Shown here in pieces: positions 12,655 through 24,706 of a stretch of DNA of 64,000 nucleotides. Below the pieces are notes generated by a model. That model did not search any database. It saw only the letters and a program-made list of their open reading frames with translations, and had not been told where the DNA came from. Where the stretch lies: contig NC_086121.1 of assembly GCF_963921235.1 (NCBI RefSeq), forward strand, positions 30,752,001 through 30,816,000, read 5' to 3'. Made by a program: the position numbers and the translations under genes. Positions within the stretch are counted from its first letter, which is position 1; each line of letters begins with the position of its first letter. The DNA is from Mobula hypostoma. Lineage: Eukaryota.

Positions 12655-14925
12655 AACATAGAACAGAGAACAGAACGAACAGCATGGGAACAGGCCCTTC
12701 AGCCCATTATGTCAGTACTGACCATGGCACCCGTCAAACTAATTCCATCTGCCTACACATAGTGAATATCTCTCTCTCTCTCACTGTCCTTGTCTGTTCA
12801 CCTGTCTGTCTTTTAAATTTTACTGTCATATATGCTCCTACCAGAACTCCTGTTTTCCAGCATTCCAGTTTATGCGTAAATAAATTTGCCTTTCAAATCT
12901 TCTTTAAGCTTTTTTTTTAACTTTCACCTTCAAAGTATGTCATTTGGTATGTAACATTTCCTCTCTGAGGAAAAGTCTCCATCTACCCAATCTACATCTC
13001 TCATAATTATACATATTTCTGTCAGGTCATCCCTCAGCCTCAGAGAAAACAATTCAAGTTTGTCCAACCTGTTCTTATAGCCAATACTCTCCAATCTCCA
13101 ATCAGGATCGTACAGGCCCTTCAATCCTTGATGTTGGACTGGTTTGTCTCTTTACCTGTTCTAAGATCAATCTAACCCTTCCCTCCAACATAACCCTCCA
13201 TTTTTCTATCATTCATGTGCCTATCTAAGAGTTACTTAAAAGCCTCTAATGTTTCTGTCTTTATCACTATCCCTGGCAGGATGCCCATACACCCACCACT
13301 CTCTGTGTAAAGGACTGACATCCCCCTATACTTTCCTCCAATCACCTTAAAATTATGCCCCCTAGTAATAGCCATTTCCGCCCTGGGATAAAGTCTCTGG
13401 CAATCTCTCTATCTATGCCTTTTATCATCTTGTACACCTCTGTCAAATCACCTGTCATCCTCTTTCACTCCAAAAAGAGAACCTCTCGCTCACTCAACCT
13501 ATCTTCATAAGACATGCCTTCTAATCCAGGCAGCATCCTGATGAATCTCCTCTGCACCTTCTCAAACGCTTTCACATCCTTCCTATAATGAGGTGACCAG
13601 AACTGAACACAATATTCCAGGTGTGGTCTAATAAGGCTTTTATAGAACTGCAACATTATCTCACAGCTCTTGCTCTCAATCCCCTTCTAATAAAGGCCAG
13701 CACTGTACACCTTCTTAACGACCCTATCAATTTACTCAGCCACTTTGGGAATCTATAGACGTAGAACCGAAGATCCCTCTGTTCCACCACACTGATAGAA
13801 TCCTGCTGTTAACCCTGTATTCGAACTTCCAAATTGAATCACTTCACACTTTTCTGGGTTGAACTCCATCTGCCACCTCCCAGCCCAGCTCTGCATCCTG
13901 CATCCTCCCATTGCAGTCTATAACAATCATTCACACCATTCACAACCCCACAAATCTTTCTTTTATCTGCAAACATATCAACTTCCTCATCTAAGGCATT
14001 CCAGAAGGTGCAGGTGTCCCAGAACAATTCTCTGAGGAGCAACACTGGTCACTGACCTGCGGGCAGAATACTCTCCATCTTCTGCTATTCTCTGCCTTTT
14101 ATGGACAAGCTAATTCTGTATATACCCAGCCAGATTTCCCAAGATCTCACGCCTCCAGACTTTCTGAGTAACCTTACCATGGAGAACCTTATCAAGCACC
14201 ATATACACCACTGTTCTACTTTCATCAATGTGCTTTGTCATCAATGTGCCCCTCACAAAGCCATGCTGACTATCTCCAATCAGACTGCGTTTCTCCAACT
14301 GCTTATAAATCCTGTCTCTAAGAATCATCTCCGATAATCTGCTCACCACTGAAATAAGACTTTCTGGTCTATAATTCCCAGGGTTATCCCTACTCCCTTT
14401 CTTGAGCAAATGAATAACATTTTCCTGCCTCCAGTCATCTGATACCACTCCCATGGCCAGAGAAGATGCAAAGATCATTGTCAAACATACAGCAATCTCT
14501 CCCCACATGTCCCATAGTAACCTAGGGTACATCTTGATAATTCTCTTCTGCAAACCTACTTCCAGAACAGTACACAATACTCCCAATGTGGCCTACCTAA
14601 TGTTTTATACAGCTGTAACATGATTTCTAGTCTTTATACTCAAATGTTCTGACTGATGGAGGCAAGTATGTTACATGTCTTCTTTTTTTGTGTTGTCATG
14701 CCTGCCAAGATAACTCTGTACCTCAATGCTGTTAGGTGTGCTGCCACTTGCTGTATACATTCCTCTTTCATCAGACCTCTCGAGGTCCAGTACCACACAC
14801 TTGTCTGGTATAAACTTCAAGTGATATTTCTCTGCCAACGAATCTCTATCCTGTTGTTTTCCCTGAGAACCTTCCTCACTATCCACATATCTACCAATTA
14901 TATAAAATATCATGTTTTCTGAAAC
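12655..14925 (-). mobile_element. Older CR1 (12655-13097 and 14530-14925) split by a nested CR1
   Basis: C-terminal remnant ESIGYKNRLDKLELFSL at 12930-13097 is collinear with the upstream remnant resuming at ~14530 (ORF 14671..14913). Confidence 0.7.
13100..14530 (-). mobile_element. CR1 LINE ORF2 (RT) pseudogene, nested
   Basis: [63 protein letters not shown]. Confidence 0.9.
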
Positions 14926-14998
14926 TTCCTAAGCCATATCAATTTCATTCAAATAATCCTTCCATAAATGTGCAATTTCCAGTGGTTACAACAATCTT

Positions 14999-15329
14999 GA
15001 GTTATTACAGTATAGGCTATTCAGCCCATTGAGTCCGTGCTGGCTCTCAGAGTATTCCCCTCAACGCCATTCCCCGACAGATTTCCTTGCAGTATATTAT
15101 TTCACATTAGCCCAATAACTGCCCCTTGATCCTCTTGCCACCCACTGCCAACTTACATCGGTCAACTAACTTTCTGGCACAAGTTTTAGATGTGAGAGGA
15201 AACCAGAGTATCTGGGAAAATCCTCATGGTGCTAGGGAGAATGAGCAAACTCCACACAACCAGTACATCTGGTTATGAATGAACCCATGTTGTTCAACTT
15301 GTGCACCAGCAGCTATAATTGCTGCACTG
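14999..15329 (-). mobile_element. V-SINE (HE1-like), degraded
   Basis: TGTGAGAGGAAACCAGAGTATCTGG...CAAACTCCACAC V-domain in antisense. Confidence 0.65.
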
Positions 15330-16029
15330 CAATTCATCAGGTGAAGAACTACCAACTATTATTCTTCATTGACTAATGCAGTTAAGATAAACATGGTGCT
15401 CTTAGTTTGGGTAAGCCTTACACAACAATTTACTTCCCGCTGAGCTGTTGAGATGGCTTTTGCTGTTATCCCTACATATTTCACTGCAATCACATATCAA
15501 GCAGAAAGCAAACCTCTGCAAAGCCTCATCTCAGATTGAGTTTTCGAAGTAAAATATCAGAGCTCAGTTCTGTAAGAACAGTAATAGGCCATGCATTATA
15601 ATGACACAAAAAAATTCAATTAGGTTACTCCACCATGATCACTCCAGGTCAGCAAACGACTTTGGCATATGTTCAGGAGCTGACTGAATGACATTGAAGT
15701 CAACGAAACACAATGAACAAGTTCACTATAATAAAAATACAGAGCTTTATTTCCAATAGTTACTTGATGGTTGGTGGGTTATGTAAACTTAGTTTGTGCC
15801 CTTCATTACCATTAATCCATTTTGCAAACTGTTTCATGATTGTGTTGGAATTGCTCATAAAGCCATTTTATAGGAACCTATTAAGCAGTGCACTATAAAA
15901 TGAAATTAAAGCAATTGAAGAATATTTATTCCCTTTATGATTATGCTGCTTTCTGAGGCTTGCACACTGGGACTTCTGGGGCATGTCAGTGGACACAAGT
16001 TGGCAAGGCTGCCTGTGATATACCAGTTA

Positions 16030-16791
16030 GCTGACTGATGTCACAGCAGCAACCTTGCACTCAATATCAGTAAGGCCAAAGAGCTGATTGTGGACTTCAG
16101 AAAGGGTAAGATGAAGGAACACACTCCAATCCTCATAGAGGGATCAGAAGTGGAGACAGCGAGTAAATTAAAGTTCTAGTTGTCATTGTCTCTGAGAACC
16201 TAACTGGACCCAACATATCGATGCAGCTATAAAGAAGTCAAGACAGTGGCTATATTTTATTAGGAGTTTGAGGAGATTTGGTATGTCGCCAAAAACAATT
16301 GCAAATTTCTACAGATGTATCGTGGAGAGCATTCTAACTGGTTGCATCACCATCTGGTATGGAGGGGGCGGGCGGTAGTGGGGGGTGGGACTACTGCACA
16401 GGATTGAAGTAAGTTGCAGAAAGTTGTAAAATTAGCCAGCTCCATCATGGGCACTAGCCTCTGTAGTACTCAGGTCATCTTCAAGGAGTGGTGCCTCAGA
16501 AAATTAGTATTCATCACTAAGAACCTCCATCACCCAGAACATGCCCACAGATTCTTCCCCTCTGTCATCTGATTTCTGAATGCACATTGAACCCATGAAC
16601 ACTACCTCACTTTTTGTTGTTTCCTTTTTGGCACCACTTAATTAATATAACTATTATATAATATATATATAATAATTCACAGTTTTCTTTATTTCTCTGT
16701 AAACATGTATTGTATTGCATTGCTGCTGCAAAGACAACAAATTTCACGATATATGTCAGTGACATTAAGCTTGATCCTGATTCCGATTCTG
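16030..16791 (+). mobile_element. Rex1/Babar LINE 3' fragment
   Basis: Encodes degenerate KELIVDFRK, FYRCIVESILTGCITIWYG; tail CTGATTCCGATTCTG. Confidence 0.9.
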
Positions 16792-17209
16792 TGGTTCCTT
16801 GTCAGGCAGTGCATTTGAAAACTCATGGGGATTGTAGGACAGGTCACATCCCTTCTATCTCAGGACACAAGCTCAAGGACACAGGGGTTGCTTTCTCTTG
16901 AAATCTGTGTGATGTTTATAGTTGGGACCAAAATTCTAGTGAACTAAATATCTATAGAGAGAAATAAAGTTTAAACTGAAAAAGATGAGTTTTTCTCAAT
17001 GAGGGAACATCTAGAATGCCAGATAGAAATATAGGGAAGCGTAGATGGAAAATCTTCAGGATAAGGATAACTAGATTATGTCAAGAAGGAACATAATTTA
17101 TAATCAAGTAAATCTTTAAAAATTGTGACTAAGGAGTATAAAATGACAATAAGATAAATAGGTCCATTGGCCTATTGTGGAAAATAAGAAAGTTAAAGTA
17201 CTTAAATGA

Positions 17210-17690
17210 AGATAAAGCTTAAATGAGCTATATCTGAATGTGGGAAGTATTCAAGGTGAGTGAATTAAAATGCAGATAAGTAAAAATGCATATAATTTGA
17301 TTGCGACTAAGAAGATATTGCCTATTAGACATTGAGGAAAGGCATGCAAAAAGGTAAGGAAGGTGGGGTGGATGAAGTCAGTGCAATAACGAAGAAGAAC
17401 ATTGGTTCTGAAAATTCAGATGTGGAATCAGTTTGGATGGAGTTAAACATGGAGGAATGAAGGACATCGATAAGAGTTGTCTATTGTCTCCATGTAATAA
17501 CGAATGCTACAGTTAGAAATTAAACATGAATGCAGCAAGGGTACTACAGTAATCTTGGGTGACTTATATAAATCAAATCAGCAAGGAAACTGTGCTGAAA
17601 CTGTTCCTACACAGTGAATGGGATGTTGTTTTTATACCTGTATTTTGAAAAGCTAACTAGTTATAGGCTAAATTGGCTATGAGAAGGGTC
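17210..17690 (+). mobile_element. Degraded CR1 endonuclease region
   Basis: Remnants of YLNVGSI, GKEGGV, DVESVWMEL and VILGDL motifs. Confidence 0.65.
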
Positions 17691-17719
17691 ATATTGTCTT
17701 TCCTCTTTCTCTCCAGCAA

Positions 17720-18160
17720 AATGTATCTTTCCATAATTTTTCCAAACATCTTTTACCCTGAGACTATTAAGTCCCCAACTCTGCCTTTTGTTTGAGCAAT
17801 GCTTCAACTATTGCCACCACAACATATTTCGGCATGGATTTTCATCGATATAATTTGCTAGTCTTATTCACATTTCCATATTTGCATACTATTCCTGGCT
17901 TTGTAATTCTTGTAGTCTCCTATCCAAAACTCTTTTATGTTCTGTTCTAATGCTGTCTGCCACTCCCAACTCCATGTGCACTTTAAACTACTTTTCTACT
18001 GCTACAACCATCCTCATGCTAAGTTAGCTTAAGTGTTCCTTACCTACAGTGGCGAACCTTCCCTTCTGAATAATCTCCTTGGAACAAGCTGCTCCCACCC
18101 CAGAATCAGGCTCAATGTTCAAGAAGCCTGAATACCTCTTTCCTCCACCCCATCTCAAAA
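17720..18160 (-). mobile_element. Degraded CR1 ORF1/endonuclease boundary region
   Basis: Antisense remnant of YVVVAIVEALL and upstream CR1-like sequence. Confidence 0.45.
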
Positions 18161-18221
18161 AATTCCTGCTGCACCTGCAACAAAGCTAAGTCTGAAATTT
18201 ATAATGGCATTAGCTTCTTTT

Positions 18222-18467
18222 GCTGGTGTCGTAGTGGCATCAGCGCCGGATTTTGGGATGAAAGATCCCGAGTTCGAATCCAGCCGGCTCCCCTGCACGC
18301 TTTCCATCCGTGCTGGTGATCTCTTTGGAAACTCACCCGGTAGAAGGCAATGGCAAACCACTGTTGCAACTTGCCTCGTATGAGACTTCCGTCTACGTCA
18401 CAGTGGTGTGGACGGAAGTTGTCCGCTAACCAGAGAAATTCCAGATGCGACGTGCCTTTCCTTTCCT
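18222..18467 (+). mobile_element. tRNA(Pro)-derived SINE with (CCTTT)n tail, copy 1
   Basis: A-box GTAGTGG and B-box GAGTTCGAATCC; AAGGCAATGGCAAACCACT body; matches 32871-33135 in reverse. Confidence 0.8.
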
Positions 18468-18798
18468 ACAGTAATTATATAACATAATTCAAGCTTAGTT
18501 TACATCACAACAGTTCATCTGTTCAAGTGTCCAAATAAGATTTGTCTGTTGTTTCTTCAGTTGAAAATTACTCAATCTGTCCTGCCCAGCTGCTTCTCCA
18601 AAGGTTTCCTTTAATCAGCACATTTTTGAATCCAATTAGCAGGGTATTGTAGTTTAATTTCTGCAATAAGTATTTTGTATATGTAGGAGCCAAGTAGCTG
18701 TTCTCTATCTGCTTTGTATTCTGTGTTGTGCATTTATTATGGTAACTAGTCATCCGTGGGGGTGTGGTAAAAGTGAAGGGAATATGTTACGTATTCTT

Positions 18799-19442
18799 GC
18801 TTATTTTGGGGCAATTTGTGGAAATGGGACCCGCTCTCGGGGCCTCATGACCAACCACTTTTCAATATGCCAAGGGTGTTGCCTACAAGACTAGCGTGCC
18901 TTCAGGGCGCAGGATTTTCGTGGCTCTGGAGGTGGGCGGATTCAAGGTTGGTACCGCTGCCTGTTGTGTCATGGGAGTACACGGAAGATCAAAAGCAGCA
19001 AGCTGGCTGCTGGCTGTGTGCCAAGAGACCCGAGTTCTTTGGGCGCAGGGCGCAGAACTCGGAAAAAAAGACGCAACAGACTTTTAGCACCATAAATCGG
19101 TGAGTTGTTTTGTTATGTCTCAACTTTCACTGTGAAGTGGGGACATATCTTTTTCCTTTATTAAGGAGAGAGAGAACACGTGGTATGTCGAATTACCGGG
19201 TGAACGAGTAGTCTTTGGGGTACTGCAAGTCTGTGTCTTTATTGATGCTTTGCTGCATGCCTGAGTGCTCAGTGGAGGGTGCTGATGCTTTTTTGCTGGT
19301 GAGGGAGGGGGGTTCGTCGCTTTGCTGCTGTTTGTGCGTGGGAGGGGGAACCTGGGGGGGGCTTCGGGGTTCTAACATTTAACTGTCATTCATTCTTTGG
19401 GGCACTCCTCTGTTTCCGTGGATGCTTGCGAAGAAAAAGAAT
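18799..19442 (+). mobile_element. Non-autonomous retroelement, family A, copy 2 (3' end truncated)
   Basis: Collinear similarity with 1032-1670. Confidence 0.75.
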
Positions 19443-19924
19443 TATCTGTTTATTTCCTGAGTCCATGGCAAATTTATCTAGTGAAAGCATTAATGAAGGT
19501 AGGAGAAATCCACAAGGATGGTCCCAAACTAATGTCTACTGAGGAAAAGGAAAGCCTCAAAATTTAACATCTTCTCTGGTTTTAAATGATTCTGCTTTTT
19601 TTCATGCCTGTTCTACATGAAGCTCACGCTGTAGACTGACCGCACTTTGTCTGACGAAAGTCTGTTCTTTAATCATTTATTTTTAATTTATTTATTAAGA
19701 TACAGTGTCGAATAGGCCCTTCCAGCCCTTTGAGCTGCGCCACCCAGCAATCACCTGGTTTAATCCTAGCCCAATCGCAGGACAATTTACAATGACCAAT
19801 TAGCCCACCTACCAGAATGCCTTTGGACTGTGGGAGGAAACCAGAGCACAGGGAAATCATACAAACTCCTTACAGGCAGTGGTGGGAATTGAACCTGGGT
19901 CAGTGGTACTGTAAAATGCTGTGC

Positions 19925-21381
19925 TGTCACGTGTCCAGCAACAATTGATATGAATTTGAGTCAGGTTATATAAACAAACAATGATATTTATTAACCTCTG
20001 CTCAAAACATTAAATAGTAAACGAACGACTAACTTAACCGGAAGTTAACAGTTAGGCGACTATGTCGAACGAACAGTCAAACTTGTAAACTGTTCTTAAA
20101 GAATTCTCATCCAAGCACAGACTTAAAGTGGTAAATTCAAAAGTCCATTTGATTTAAACAGACATTCAGGAGAGACTGCCTCAAAACAACAATTTCTTCG
20201 AAGTAATGACGATCTCAGCCGAGAGAAGCCTTGTCCGAAGGAATCACGAAGAAATAAAGGAGCTGACCTTTTGACTGGAGGGTGGTCACTGCATAAACCT
20301 TCCCGACCTTGCAGGGCTTTTACTCAAATGTGCATGCCACAATTCCTGAAAGAAGATTAAAAAGGTCGATCATTCCCAAGAAGCTGAAACGACATTAGCT
20401 TTATCCAATCTCTTGCTCGGATAACTCTGGTAATAACTTCACAATCCGATACTGGACTGTAAAGGGAGGGGAGGGGAGGAGAAGATGGTGGCGCGATGCA
20501 GTGTGTGCGGCCACTCCGAAATGATATCGGTATTTGTTAAGTAGGTTCCGTGCACAATCCTGATTTGATGGAGACAGACGTGAGAAGCACGGAGGAACAC
20601 CTGGAGAAACTTCTGAAATGCCTGCTTCGCTGCCGCTGCTACTGTGCAATCGAGAATCTCCGGTGGGGGAAGGTCCCAAATCCTCGGCTTTGCCTATTAA
20701 CCGCTGCCAGGTCCAGGGTTGAAGCGCTGGGAAGAGATGGTGCTCGGCGCTCGGTGTCGGAGGGCTGGTCAGAGGCTCAAAGTGTTTGGACGGACTCAGG
20801 AGTCGGCTGTGGTCGGGTGCTTCCAGGGTGCTGCATCGGCAAGTTTGGGGTGCTGGAGGTTCAAGGCAGGGAGAATTTTTCTTCCTTCTACCGTCTGCGT
20901 GAGGTGATGGGACTTTCGAGAGACTTCGGGACTTTTTTTTACCGTGCCCATGGTCTGTTCTTTATCAAATTACGGTATTGCTTTGCACTGTTGTAACTAT
21001 ATGTTATAATTATGTGGTTTTTGTTAGTTTTTTAGTCTTGGTTTGTCTTGTGTTTCTGTGATATCATACTGGAGGAACATTGTATTATTTCTTAATGCAT
21101 GCATTACTAAATGACAATAAAAGAGGACTACATGTCCTCATAATCTAATCTAAATCTAGAGGAAAACAAAGGTGCAACAAACAAAAATTGGCAGTGGTTG
21201 GCGAAATTGCCGGCAACAACGTTACACTCACTCAAAATAAAAATGAGAACTGCGTTACCATGGTGGGCTTTTTCTTTTATACCATACCATCACGTGACAT
21301 CACATCACCCCATTATCACAAGGCCATTACATCATTCCAATAGCATGACACCATTACATCATGCTCACGGGGTATGTAACA
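19925..21381 (-). mobile_element. Solo LTR (Gypsy/ERV-type) with 4-bp TSD, containing a family C insertion
   Basis: TGTCAC...GTAACA termini; GTGC duplicated at 19921-19924 and 21382-21385; minus-strand TATAAAA near 21276-21282 and AATAAA at 19987-19992. Confidence 0.85.
20464..21158 (+). mobile_element. Family C element, full length
   Basis: GGAGGAGAAGATGGTGGCG 5' end, AATAAA, GAGGAC-TACAT-GTCCTC hairpin, (ATCTA)n tail. Confidence 0.9.
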
Positions 21382-21607
21382 GTGCTAACTATTATGCTAC
21401 AGGGCCACCCCATTCTTGCACCTAAATTCAGGACTCCTTACCCAAACTATACTGAAGATTGCTTCGCTGCTCACCACTATCATCTTAAGGACAATTAAGG
21501 GTGGGCAAATTATGAAGATTTCACCAATGGTAGCCATGACAAGTAAATAAATAAAATAAAAAATTAAGTATACTGTACTAACTCAATATACTGTACTTCT
21601 CCTCAAA

Positions 21608-22271
21608 GGAGGAGAAGATGGCGGCGCGACGCAGCGCACAGCGGCCACTCCGGCGAATGATACCTGTTATCTGTCAAGTAGGGTGCCGTGCACAATCCTG
21701 ATTTGAAGGAAACAGATGTGACAGCACGGAGGAACATCTGGAGAAACTTCTGAAATGCCTTCTTCGCTGCCACTGCCACTGTGTGGTCCAGAATCTCCGG
21801 AGGAGAAGGCCCCGAGTCCTCGGCTTTGCTTGTTGCTTGGCGGCCGGGGTGGGGTCGAAGCGCTCGGCAGAGACGGTGCTCGGTGCTCGGTGTCAGAGGG
21901 TCGAAGTTTTCGGATAGACTCAGAGTTGGCTGTGGTCGGGTGCTTCCAATGCATTGGCAGTTGTCAGCGCCTGGAGGTTTATGGCAGGGAGAGTTTCTCC
22001 CTTTTGCCACTTGCTATCGGGACTATCGGGAGTCGATGGGAACATTGAGTCTTTTTTTTTACTGTGCCCATGGTCTGCTCTTTATCAAATTATGGTATTG
22101 CTTTGCACTGCTGTAATAATATGTTATAATTATGTGGTCTTCTCAGTTTTAGTCTTCGGTTTGTCCTTTTTTTTTGTGATATCACTCTGGAGGAACATTG
22201 TATCATTTCTTAATGCATGCATTTCTAAATGAAAATAAACGAGGACTGACTGTCCTCATAATCTAACCTAA
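21608..22271 (+). mobile_element. Family C element, full length
   Basis: GGAGGAGAAGATGGCGGCG start; hairpin 22241-22257; ATAATCTAACCTAA tail. Confidence 0.9.
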
Positions 22272-22344
22272 CTTATTGAAATCTCAATTAATATTAGAGT
22301 TTTTTCAATGTCATTTATACAACACAGTTCTATAGAACATACTG

Positions 22345-22833
22345 GTTAGACTACAGTTGGAGTTTTATGTGCAGTTCTGTTTGCCTCATTAGGGAAAGGA
22401 CATGTGGCTTTGTAAAGCTTCAGGAGAGGTTTACCAGGATGCCGCCTGATTAGAGAGCCTGAGCTAAATAGAGAGATTAGACAATTTTGGACTATTTTTA
22501 TTTTCAGGAGCATCAGAGGCTGAGGGGAGACCTGATAGAAATTTATAAAATTACGGGAGACATAACTACACAGCCTGAATCTTTCCTCGGGATAAAAATA
22601 TTGAATACTACAGAACATGCATTTATGGTGAAAGGTAGAAGATTTAAAGTGGTATGCTGGGCAAGTTTCTTACACTGGCTTCCAGTGTTAGCACTGAAGG
22701 CAGATATGATAATGAGATTTACATAGTGCATGAATATGCAGAGAATGGAAAACCTTGGACCACGTGCATCATTGTCAGTACAGTCATCATGGGCCAAAGG
22801 ATGCAAGCCTGTGCTGTACTGCTCTATTTCTAT
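22345..22833 (+). mobile_element. Degraded CR1 3' fragment
   Basis: EHQRLRGDLIEIYKI in ORF 22487..22726; CR1 tail GGGCCAAAGG...GTGCTGTACTGCTCTAT. Confidence 0.85.
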
Positions 22834-22932
22834 ATAAGGCCGTTAAAGGACCCTAAGGCATTTCTCTGTCTCCATGGACTGAGGACACAACTAGAAACTC
22901 CTTGAGAGACTTTGTACATTCATGGTATTGGA

Positions 22933-23785
22933 ATATAAGACCATAAGGTATAAGAGCAGAATTAGGCCATTTGGCCCATCAAGTCTGTTCTGCCATTTCA
23001 TCATGGCTGATCCAATTTTCCTCTCAGCCCCAATCTCCTGCGTTCTTCCCGTATTCCTTCATGCCCTGACCAATCAAGAATCCACCAACCTCTGCTTTAA
23101 ATATACAAAAAGATTTGGTCTCCACAGCTGCCTGTGGCAAGAATTCCACAGACTCACCACCCACTGACTAAATAAATTTCTCCTCATCTCTGTTCTAAAG
23201 GGATACCGCTCTATGCTGAAGTTGTGTCCTTTGGTCTTAGACTCTCCCACGACAGGAAGCATCTTCTCTACATCCACTCTATCAAGGCCTTTCACCATTC
23301 GATAGGTTTCAATGAGGTCACCCCTCATTCTTCTGAATCCTAGTGAATACAGGCCCAGAGCTCTTCATATGTCAAGCTTTTCACTCTCAGAATAATTTCT
23401 GTGAACCACTTTTTAACTCTCTTCAGTTTCAGCACATCCTTTCTAAGATAAGGGGACCAAAACTGCTCACAATACTCCAAGTGAGGCCTCACCAGTGCTT
23501 TATAAAATCTCAACATTACATCCTTGTTTTTATATTCTAGTCTTCTTAAAACAAGTGTTAACCTCACATTTGCCTTCCTCACCACAGACTCAACTTGAAA
23601 ATTAACCTTTAGGGAATCCTGCACAGGGACTCCCAAGTCCCTTTGTGCCTCATTTTTCTCTATTTTCTCCCCATTTCGAAAATAGTCAACCCTTTCTTTT
23701 TTTCTATCAAAGTGCATGACCATACACTTCCCAACATTGTATTCCATCTGCCTTTTCTTTGTCCATTCTCTTAATCTACTGAGCA
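22933..23785 (-). mobile_element. CR1 LINE 3' fragment
   Basis: [25 protein letters not shown]; MRGDLIETYRMVKGLDRVD; (CTTATGGT)-type tail. Confidence 0.92.
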
Positions 23786-23858
23786 TGTCCACAAGAAAAT
23801 GAATCATGTTGATAATTATGTACTTTGATAATAAATTTACTTTGAACTTTGAACTTTC
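23786..23858 (+). mobile_element. Rex-type 3' tail fragment
   Basis: CAAGAAAATGAATC...CTTTGATAATAAATTTACTTTGAACTTTGAACTTT. Confidence 0.75.
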
Positions 23859-24102
23859 TGGGTCACCATTTCATGTTGCCAGTGAGTAAGGCTATTCTGT
23901 ACAGGTGATATGTCACAAAAACCACAAACCTAGAGGATAAATGGTCCCTGTTTGTGACTGTACAGTTCAGATGTTAACTACTTCCTCACCTTGTGGGAGT
24001 ATACTGTTTAATTGTTCAATTATAATGTGAGATGTGGTTCAAGCTGAATCAGTTTAGCTCTTTCAAATCTTGTTGCAAGTTTTTAACACACAGAGGTGCA
24101 CA

Positions 24103-24249
24103 NNNNNNNNNNNNNNNNNNNNNNNNNNNNNNNNNNNNNNNNNNNNNNNNNNNNNNNNNNNNNNNNNNNNNNNNNNNNNNNNNNNNNNNNNNNNNNNNNN
24201 NNNNNNNNNNNNNNNNNNNNNNNNNNNNNNNNNNNNNNNNNNNNNNNNN
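24103..24249. other. Assembly gap (N run)
   Basis: Run of N. Confidence 1.
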
Positions 24250-24645
24250 TACTCAGTTTTGCAAGCTCCCTCAAAAAAGGGGGGAAATCACAGGAGACGG
24301 TTTCAGTCTAGAAACCTGTCAAAAGTAGTAGGAAAAATGACCTGAACTGTGAAAACGGCCTTTAACAAAATGATATACAGTCATGTGGAAGGCAGTGAGT
24401 GTAAATACCACCAGGTCATTAATCTACATTCTCACACTGTTCACTGTGAGAATCAGAAGATCAGGCCTCTCCAAACCAGGATTTTACGTTGCTTTCCTCT
24501 ATAAACTTTCAGTGGCAAAACAATAGCAAAGAGGACACGGTCATTAGGGCATGACCTGTGTAACCACAGCAAGGACAGCCTCCTCCAGCATCTGAAGCTC
24601 ACACATCATTCCACCATACCCTGGCTGCTTCTCAGTCCCCTTGCA

Positions 24646-24706
24646 GTAGCCATAGCAACGGAGTGGTGTGGCAACAGAAGCACCAAGTTGTAAACTTCAC
24701 TTCCTG
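24646..24706. promoter_or_regulatory. Candidate RFX X-box plus half-site and ETS motif
   Basis: GTAGCCATAGCAAC (24646-24659), GTGGCAAC (24668-24675) and CACTTCCTG (24698-24706) in non-repeat DNA. Confidence 0.4.

Larger units (their letters stand above)
19670..21410 (-). mobile_element. V-SINE (HE1-like) split by a solo LTR
   Basis: Tail and V-domain at 19670-19924. The tRNA head resumes at 21382-21410 (GTGCTAACTATTATGCTAC). Confidence 0.85.

Noticed and set aside
18222-18290. tRNA genes (also at 33065-33135, 35989, 53621, 56391)
   Set aside because: These are SINE heads with no intact cloverleaf, continuing into SINE bodies.
24032-24345. ORFs spanning N runs (also 59773-60333)
   Set aside because: Artefacts of assembly gaps.
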